DNA of 56,566 bases, taken from Promethearchaeota archaeon (GTDB taxonomy: Archaea; Asgardarchaeota; Lokiarchaeia; Sigyniarchaeales; SOKP01). The position numbers were made by a program, and so were the translations under genes. The stretch is taken from assembly GCA_019894975.1 (NCBI GenBank), contig JAGXNO010000023.1, positions 1 through 56,566 on the forward strand, given 5' to 3'. Positions within the stretch are counted from its first letter, which is position 1; each line of letters starts with the position of its first letter. Below, piece after piece: positions 49,816-56,566 of the stretch. The notes below the pieces were generated by a model, which worked only from the letters and a program-made list of their open reading frames with translations, was not told the origin of the DNA and did not search any database.

Positions 49816-51642
49816 TTATTTATTTAGTTCATCCAAAATTACATGAGCTAGTTTTTTACTCACAATTTGAGATACTTCTTCTAAAGTAGCTTTTTTAATA
49901 TTATTAACACTCCCAAAGTGATTAAGCAATTTATTTCGAGTCATTGGCCCTACACCCTCGATATCATCTAATACGGATCCAATTAGACGTTTTTTTCTTA
50001 ACTTCTTATGAAGCTTAACAGCAAATCTATGAGATTCATTTCTAATCCTTTGGAGTAATTTTAGAAGAGGTGAATTTTTTGGGAGTACAATTGGAATTTT
50101 CTCATTCGGGACATAGATTTCTTCATATTTCTTGGCTAATCCAATAATAGGTATTTCGAGACCTAATTCATGTAATACAGATATCCCCGCGTTCAACTGT
50201 CCTTTCCCTCCATCAACGACTATCAAATCGGGAAGCACTAAATTTCTTTTTAGAATCATAGTATACCTTCTCTTTAAAACTTCTTTCATCATCGCTACGT
50301 CGTCAGGAGTAGATTTACTTTGTATTTTGAAATGTCGATAATATCTATTATATGGTTTTCCTTCTAAAAAATAAACCATTGACCCAGTTGCATCTTGACC
50401 TTCAATATTAGAAATATCAAAACCTTCAATTATTCGCGGTTCTTTTGAAAGGTTCAATATTTCTTTTGCTTCTTTTAAAACTTCTTCTCTGAAATCAGTC
50501 TCATTCATTTTAATAAGTTCCATTTCCTCCTGCTGTTGAACTATAACTTTAGCGTTCTTATTTGCAATTCTAATTAAACTTGATTCATATTCATCGATTG
50601 AAGCTCTAACCTGTAGGTCTTTTTTTATATCGTTCAGGAATTTGATAAGGACATTAAATTTTTCATTTATTTTAGGAACTATTATCGCTTCAGGTAATTG
50701 TGCCTTGAATTCTTGATAGTACTGCTCTAATATCGAAGTAAAAATCTCACTTTTATAGACTAATTTTTCTCTTAAATCAAAATCAAATGAGCTTTTATTT
50801 ATTATTCTACCTTCCCTAATATGAATAATAACCATTGCCAAAAAGTATCCTTCGCTATAATATCCAACTATATCCTTATTAGATACATAATCTAAAAAAA
50901 CATGTTGTTCATCGGTTGCATGATCAATATCTTCTAATTTATCTCTCCAAAAAGCAGCCACTTCAAAATGCTGTTCTATTGCCGCAATTTGCATTTTATC
51001 TTCTATTTCCTTTTTTAATTGGCTTGTCTCTCCTCTTAAAAACAGTTCTATTTTATTTATATTATCTCGATATTCTTCCTTAGTGATTTCAGTGAAACAT
51101 GGGCCCGGGCAAAGTTTTAATTGGAAGTATAAACACGGTCTTTTTCTTTTTTTAATGGGTTTCTTACACGAACAATAGGGAAAAATTTTTCTTAGATCTC
51201 TTAGTATTCTAATAATCTCCCTTTTATCTGTATATGGCCCCAAAAAGACATTATCTTGAGAAAACTTCTCAGGATTTCTTATTACTCTTACCCGAGGGAA
51301 ATCTTCTTTGTAAAAGAACGCAACCCAGGGATAAGTTTTGGAATCCCTCATAATAACATTATACCGAGGTAAATGCTTTTTAATCTGAATATTTTCTAAG
51401 AGCAGCGCTTCTTTTTCATTTTCAGTTACTATATATTCTATAGAATGAATTTTGCTTACTAATTCTTTAATCTTCTCTTCATAATAAGGATCGTTATAAC
51501 TTGTCTTTAGGAAGTATTGATTTACTCTTTTTCTCAAATTTATTGCTTTACCAATATAAATTATAATTCCTTCATTATCTGAAAAAAGGTAAACTCCTGG
51601 TTCATTTGGTAAACTTTTTCTTTGTAGATCTAATTTCTTCAT
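49816..51642 (-). CDS. uvrC: Excinuclease ABC subunit C
   Basis: PGVYLF..IYIGKAINLRKRV, FDISN, DGGKGQ, RNESHRFA, HhH. Confidence 0.96.
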   Translation of the reverse strand: MKKLDLQRKSLPNEPGVYLFSDNEGIIIYIGKAINLRKRVNQYFLKTSYNDPYYEEKIKELVSKIHSIEYIVTENEKEALLLENIQIKKHLPRYNVIMRDSKTYPWVAFFYKEDFPRVRVIRNPEKFSQDNVFLGPYTDKREIIRILRDLRKIFPYCSCKKPIKKRKRPCLYFQLKLCPGPCFTEITKEEYRDNINKIELFLRGETSQLKKEIEDKMQIAAIEQHFEVAAFWRDKLEDIDHATDEQHVFLDYVSNKDIVGYYSEGYFLAMVIIHIREGRIINKSSFDFDLREKLVYKSEIFTSILEQYYQEFKAQLPEAIIVPKINEKFNVLIKFLNDIKKDLQVRASIDEYESSLIRIANKNAKVIVQQQEEMELIKMNETDFREEVLKEAKEILNLSKEPRIIEGFDISNIEGQDATGSMVYFLEGKPYNRYYRHFKIQSKSTPDDVAMMKEVLKRRYTMILKRNLVLPDLIVVDGGKGQLNAGISVLHELGLEIPIIGLAKKYEEIYVPNEKIPIVLPKNSPLLKLLQRIRNESHRFAVKLHKKLRKKRLIGSVLDDIEGVGPMTRNKLLNHFGSVNNIKKATLEEVSQIVSKKLAHVILDELNK

Positions 51643-51831
51643 ACACAGGTAATTTTTATGACAATTTTTTTAAAATCTATTTTATCAAAGTACTTAATCC
51701 TACCAACAAGTAGAACCTACTGTTATTAAATAGTAAGAGAGGATAAATTTAATTTATTATTATAAAATTGAACTATCTATCTTATAATTAGTAAAATTTG
51801 TTAATGAAAGAAAACTATTATTTTAGAAATT

Positions 51832-52065
51832 ATGGTAAATATTCGAATATGTCCAAAATGTAAGGAGGCAACGTTAAAAAGTGGGTTTAATGTATCAGGC
51901 TGGTTAGCACCGAATTTTGTGGAGTGCCAAAAATGTGGATATGCAGGTTATTTTTATATTGAAATAGATCCTGAAGATTATAAATTAGATCCAGAAGATC
52001 CAATCGATCCTGAGGATTATAAACTGGATCCAGAGGATAAATTAAGTGATAGCGAAGAATTTTAA
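51832..52065 (+). CDS. Small zinc-ribbon protein with duplicated acidic tail
   Basis: CPKC...CQKCGY; IDPEDYKLDPED twice. Confidence 0.75.
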   Translation: MVNIRICPKCKEATLKSGFNVSGWLAPNFVECQKCGYAGYFYIEIDPEDYKLDPEDPIDPEDYKLDPEDKLSDSEEF

Positions 52066-52118
52066 GAAGATTAAATTTATTAAATCATTTTTTCTATAAC
52101 CCTTCAAGAATAAATTAA

Positions 52119-53063
52119 ATGTGCTTAATAATGGACCAATTATTAAAAGATGCGGATAGAATAAAGTCTTTAGAAATTCAAGGAGCAACGAATATAGCAA
52201 ATCATGCGATTCAGTTCTTAAGTGATTATACTAAAAGAATGAAGCCTGACAACATTGACTCTTGCTTTAAAAAACTATACAACGCTGTGGATATTTTAAT
52301 TGAGACTAGACCAACTGAACCTGCAATGAAAAACGGTCTGAAATTTATCATGAACAAATTAGAGAAGGAGAAAGAAAGCTGTTATGCAGAGTTCATTTCA
52401 GATGTTATAGAAAAATACAAAAATCAATATCATGACATGCTGCAATCTGCTAAAAAAAGAATTGCTGTAATAGGTGCTCGACGAATTCCGTCAGTGGATA
52501 AGAAGTTTACTGTTATGACTCACTGTCATTCTAGTTTAGTTTCAGCTATTCTATTGGAAGCAAAAAATCAAAACAAAAATTTCAAAGTGGTTAATACAGA
52601 GACACAACCCAGATTACAAGGGAGGAAAACAGCAAAGAAATTAGCAGACGCAGGGATAGAGGTAACTCATGTTGTTGATAGTGCTATGAGGTGGGCAGTA
52701 AGACATTTTGAAGTAAATCTGATTATAATCGGAGCGGATAGTATAACAAGTGAGGGAACTATAATTAATAAAATAGGATCACGACTTTTAGCATTAGTTG
52801 CACATGAGGAGCATGTACCGTTTTATGTTGCTTCACCATTGTTAAAATATAATCCTGAGACGAATCTTGGAATTTTAGAAACGATTGAAATGAGGGATCC
52901 AAAAGAAGTGTGGGAGAATCCTTCGAAAGGAATCGCAGTGCAAAACCCTGCGTTTGAGACCGTTTCTAGACGTTATATTGATGGATTAATCACTGAAGCG
53001 GGAATTTTTGCTTCAAGTCATGTCTCAAATTATTTTGAAAAATTGTATCCAGAAATGATATAA
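52119..53063 (+). CDS. Ribose-1,5-bisphosphate isomerase (eIF2B-like family)
   Basis: IQGA, TRPTEP, MTHCHSS, ETQP, GADSIT, NKIGS, NPAFE; adjacent to RuBisCO. Confidence 0.85.
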   Translation: MCLIMDQLLKDADRIKSLEIQGATNIANHAIQFLSDYTKRMKPDNIDSCFKKLYNAVDILIETRPTEPAMKNGLKFIMNKLEKEKESCYAEFISDVIEKYKNQYHDMLQSAKKRIAVIGARRIPSVDKKFTVMTHCHSSLVSAILLEAKNQNKNFKVVNTETQPRLQGRKTAKKLADAGIEVTHVVDSAMRWAVRHFEVNLIIIGADSITSEGTIINKIGSRLLALVAHEEHVPFYVASPLLKYNPETNLGILETIEMRDPKEVWENPSKGIAVQNPAFETVSRRYIDGLITEAGIFASSHVSNYFEKLYPEMI

Positions 53064-53079
53064 GAAATTATTTAGCTTT

Positions 53080-54354
53080 TTAGCCCCATTTTTCAAGAGC
53101 TCTAGCTAATTCATGGTGATCTTTTGCATATTCCTTTAAATCATATCCTTCTAAAACAGAAGAAATAGCTTGTCTTATTGCACGAGCTCCTGCCTCAGTT
53201 CCGTCAGGATGTCCATGACATCCTCCACCAAATTGGTAAACTGCATTTGAGCCTAAAATATTCATTAATTCGGGAATATGTAGAGGACTTAAACCTCCAG
53301 ATGCAACAGGTAATGTTGGTTTAATATTGTGCCAGTTTTGATCAAGAGTTGTTAAATTATTTCCCTCAATTTTCTGTTCGGTAATGCATTTATTGATTTC
53401 AATTACCTCATCTTGGTCTCCTTCCATTTTTCCGACAACGGTGCCTGTGTGTAATTGATCCATTCCTATTAATCTCATTAACTTTGCTATGGCTAACATC
53501 GTTATTCCATGCTTCTTATTTCTTGTAATTGCGGCATGCATTGCTCTATGAGCATGAATTACAATATTTTTATCATCTAAATAATCTCTAATCTCTTGCA
53601 GAGCTGAAAAACCAACTGTTAATATATCTAGCATAACATATTCACCCCCGTTTTCAATTACAAAATCAGCTCTTTTTTTCATAGTAGTTAATGGAGCTGT
53701 TATATTTGGCATGTAAATCTTTTTTTCTCCAGTTTCAATCTCTACTTTATCACGTATCTTGAGTGTTTCTTCAATTCTTTTCTCAAACTTATTAAAAGAC
53801 ATACTTGTTAAGTTTTCATCGTCTTTGACAATATCTAAACCTCCACTCCATGCCTGACCACATACATTTGCATGTTCAATTTCGTTTAGACCAACTTTTG
53901 GTTTAACAATCGTCCCCAATAAGGGTCTATCATAAATTTTCGTTAACTTTCTTACCCCGTCAATTCCAAATTTAGGACCTTTATACGCAGAAACTATACT
54001 CTTGGGAAAGCTAATATCTAATAATCTTAGATAATCAAGCACTTTCATTCCAAATATATTTCCCGCAATTGCACTTAAAATTTGAGGTAAGTTTCCCGCT
54101 TCAAAAAGCTCTTTTGTATAAGCTATTTTTACTATATTGTTAGTAGCATCTATGTAAAATGCTGAGGGTTTGAGCTTTTCAGCAATATCTGCAGATAAGG
54201 TCGCAATTTTAGTCCAAGTGCCAATTGAGCTTTCTTTAGCAATTTCTTCGCAAGCTTGTTCTAGGTCTCTGCATTCAGATGATTTTTCTACGTAGTACAT
54301 AGCTATTAAATCATCTTCATTTGGTTTATAATCTAAATTAACATAATGGACCAT
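53080..54354 (-). CDS. rbcL: RuBisCO form III large subunit
   Basis: ESSIGTW, KPKVGL, KDDE, HAHRAMH, GKMEG, SGG, QFGGG. Confidence 0.95.
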   Translation of the reverse strand: MVHYVNLDYKPNEDDLIAMYYVEKSSECRDLEQACEEIAKESSIGTWTKIATLSADIAEKLKPSAFYIDATNNIVKIAYTKELFEAGNLPQILSAIAGNIFGMKVLDYLRLLDISFPKSIVSAYKGPKFGIDGVRKLTKIYDRPLLGTIVKPKVGLNEIEHANVCGQAWSGGLDIVKDDENLTSMSFNKFEKRIEETLKIRDKVEIETGEKKIYMPNITAPLTTMKKRADFVIENGGEYVMLDILTVGFSALQEIRDYLDDKNIVIHAHRAMHAAITRNKKHGITMLAIAKLMRLIGMDQLHTGTVVGKMEGDQDEVIEINKCITEQKIEGNNLTTLDQNWHNIKPTLPVASGGLSPLHIPELMNILGSNAVYQFGGGCHGHPDGTEAGARAIRQAISSVLEGYDLKEYAKDHHELARALEKWG

Positions 54355-54488
54355 ATTATTCCACCACTATACATAAAATCTAATTATATTAAGTTGAATA
54401 TCTCAAAAAGAAATTAGTTAATGAACTATATAAATAAAATCGTAAAAAATTAATAATATTTTTAATTATATTACTGAGTGCTTAAATA

Positions 54489-54800
54489 ATGAGTCAAGAT
54501 CAAAGTAAAGATTTAACTATTATTGTAAAGGATCTAAGTTTTAAAAGTGATCAACACGTAGAAGATTTAGTGAGATTTTTAGCAGAATTATTGCCACAAA
54601 TCGATGTCAAGCGTGATGGGAATGAAATCGGAGTCTCAATGCCAGAAAAGTTATCTAAAAAAGTTTTAAAGCTTAGAATTAAAAAATTCTTGTATAAGAA
54701 AGGATTAAATAAGGATTTTAGACCTATTTCATTAAAAACAGAGGATAAGGAAGGATATACAATAAAAGAAAAGAAAATAATAGACTTAAGCTACTACTAA
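54489..54800 (+). CDS. rpl22e: Ribosomal protein eL22 (L22e)
   Basis: LSKKVLKLRIKKFLYKKGL...FRPIS....GYTI resembles the eL22 core. Confidence 0.75.
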   Translation: MSQDQSKDLTIIVKDLSFKSDQHVEDLVRFLAELLPQIDVKRDGNEIGVSMPEKLSKKVLKLRIKKFLYKKGLNKDFRPISLKTEDKEGYTIKEKKIIDLSYY

Positions 54801-54850
54801 TTCTTATTTTTACTAAATATTATTATATAAAATAATTACTATATCTATTT

Positions 54851-55819
54851 GTGTCTGTAAAAAAGACCGATTTAATTTTATCAATCACATCAATAGATGA
54901 CTTGATGAGATGTATTAATTTAGCGAGTTTATTAGAGCTAGCGGGTTGGCCTAAACCTGGAAATGTACATCGAACTAAAGATTTCGAAGATACATTATTT
55001 GAACACTTTTTAAGCGGAATTGCAGCAATACAACCGAATTTTAGAAAGTTTTGCACCAAAATATTTGATAAATCTTCTAAGGATAATTATAGTTTTATTG
55101 AAATGGGATTATTTTTTAAAGATGCTGTAGAAAAAATGATGAGTTGGCAAAGTGGGGGTAATGTATTACTTGGGCATATTTTAATATTAGCTCCCCTTAG
55201 TGCAGCGGGAACTCTATGTTTAAAGTCTAAAGCTAATAAACTATCCGATTTTAAATGTTACTTAAATAAAATTATTGATGACTCTACAGTAAAAGACACA
55301 ATAAATCTCTATGAAGCTATAAGATTATGCAATCCTGGGGGTTTAGGGAAGATCAATAAGTACGATATAAATAATGAGAATGCTCTTAAAGATCTTCGCA
55401 ATGATCAAATAAACTTAAAAAAAATATTTGACCTATCAAAAGATTATGATTTGATTAGCTCAGAATATTCGACAGGATTTAACATTATATTAAACAAGGG
55501 ATTACCTTATCTACTTCAAATGTATGAGGATTATAAGAATCCCAATATTGCAACTGTGAATACATTTTTAAAGATTCTTTCAGATCATCCAGATTCTCTT
55601 ATAATAAGGAAATCAGGAATTAATTCTGCTCAATCTGTCTCAAAATTAGCCCAAAACATATTAAAGGAAGGAGGAATTTCGTCTCAAAAGGGTTTAGAAC
55701 TAACTATCGAATTGGATAAAAAACTTCAAGAAAAAAAAGGTAAACTGAATCCAGGAACCACAGCAGATCTTGTTGCAGGAATCCTGTTTTGTGCTTTGGT
55801 TTTTGGTCTAAGGTTATAG
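54851..55819 (+). CDS. CitG-like triphosphoribosyl-dephospho-CoA synthase family protein
   Basis: PKPGNVHR, GGNVLLGHILILAPL, NPGTTADL. Confidence 0.85.
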   Translation: MSVKKTDLILSITSIDDLMRCINLASLLELAGWPKPGNVHRTKDFEDTLFEHFLSGIAAIQPNFRKFCTKIFDKSSKDNYSFIEMGLFFKDAVEKMMSWQSGGNVLLGHILILAPLSAAGTLCLKSKANKLSDFKCYLNKIIDDSTVKDTINLYEAIRLCNPGGLGKINKYDINNENALKDLRNDQINLKKIFDLSKDYDLISSEYSTGFNIILNKGLPYLLQMYEDYKNPNIATVNTFLKILSDHPDSLIIRKSGINSAQSVSKLAQNILKEGGISSQKGLELTIELDKKLQEKKGKLNPGTTADLVAGILFCALVFGLRL

Positions 55820-55879
55820 ATTCAAAAAAAATATTTGATAGAAATGATTTATTGTTATTATTGTTTTTAAAGAAATAAA

Positions 55880-56248
55880 TTGGATCAGATTCATATGGAA
55901 TTCTGTGATGAATGCGGCGGAGCCATGATGCTCCCCTCTAATGTTAATGGACGAGTAATGTTTAAGTGTAAATGCGGAGCAACAAAAGATTTTTCTTCAG
56001 AAAAATCTAAAGCGTATAAATTGACCACTAAGATAGAACACTCTATTAGAAGTGAAGTCACCAACTTAACAGAAGTCATAAATTGGAAGGAAGAGAATTT
56101 AAGAAGTACAATTAAGGATTTTAAATGTCCAAGTTGTGGTTATGATAAAGCACATTTAGAAACAAGGCAAACCCGAAGTGCTGATGAAGGAATGACCCAT
56201 TTTATAACATGTCTAAAGTGTGGTCGACATATAAAAATAGGAAGTTAA
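55880..56248 (+). CDS. tfs: Transcription factor S (TFS/RpoM)
   Basis: MEFCDECG N-terminal ribbon; CPSCG...QTRSADEG..F..C..CG. Confidence 0.9.
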   Translation: MDQIHMEFCDECGGAMMLPSNVNGRVMFKCKCGATKDFSSEKSKAYKLTTKIEHSIRSEVTNLTEVINWKEENLRSTIKDFKCPSCGYDKAHLETRQTRSADEGMTHFITCLKCGRHIKIGS

Positions 56249-56257
56249 CCAAAATCC

Positions 56258-56557
56258 CTATTGATTAAATAATCTATTTATTAACAATTGTTTTCCTTCT
56301 TCTTCGTGAAAAGTTATTTGAACTATTTTGTTTTTACTCTTAAATCCAGATAAAATTTCAATTTGATTTGAAGCAATCTTTAACTTGTTTTTAAGGAAAT
56401 TGATCAATTCATTATTAGCTTTATTTTTAATCGGTTTTGCTCTAACATGAACGATAAGGAAATTCTCTCCATTAATAACTTCTTGCCTTTTTGAGTTTAC
56501 CTTGACATCAATGCGGAGTTTAAATGTATATTTATCCAATTGTTCAATAAATCTCAT
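56258..56557 (-). CDS. DUF167/UPF0235 (YggU-like) protein
   Basis: VRAKPIKNKANNELINFL...ILSGFKSKNK. Confidence 0.85.
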   Translation of the reverse strand: MRFIEQLDKYTFKLRIDVKVNSKRQEVINGENFLIVHVRAKPIKNKANNELINFLKNKLKIASNQIEILSGFKSKNKIVQITFHEEEGKQLLINRLFNQ

Positions 56558-56566
56558 TGTCTAAAC

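Overview
AT-rich archaeal chromosome segment, most likely a Lokiarchaeia-like Asgard archaeon. This is inferred from five Rab-like small GTPases, longin/uDENN and V4R proteins, ribosomal eL22, PSTK, TBP/TFS, form III RuBisCO with R15P isomerase, and a tetraether synthase homolog. Most genes are housekeeping or metabolic. No rRNA, tRNA, CRISPR array or transposase was recognised. The most notable unannotated signals are: (1) a 25-codon leader peptide ending in four consecutive Ile codons, with mutually exclusive RNA pairings, directly upstream of ileS, i.e. a candidate ribosome-dependent attenuator in an archaeon; (2) a structured intergenic RNA present in two diverged copies 35 kb apart, with covarying stems and an invariant Sm-site-like AUUUUUG motif, plus further structured intergenic elements; (3) a 35-aa tandem-repeat protein resembling actin-binding nebulin repeats. 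Protein family calls come from motif recognition and RNA structures were paired by eye; no searches or folding programs were run.
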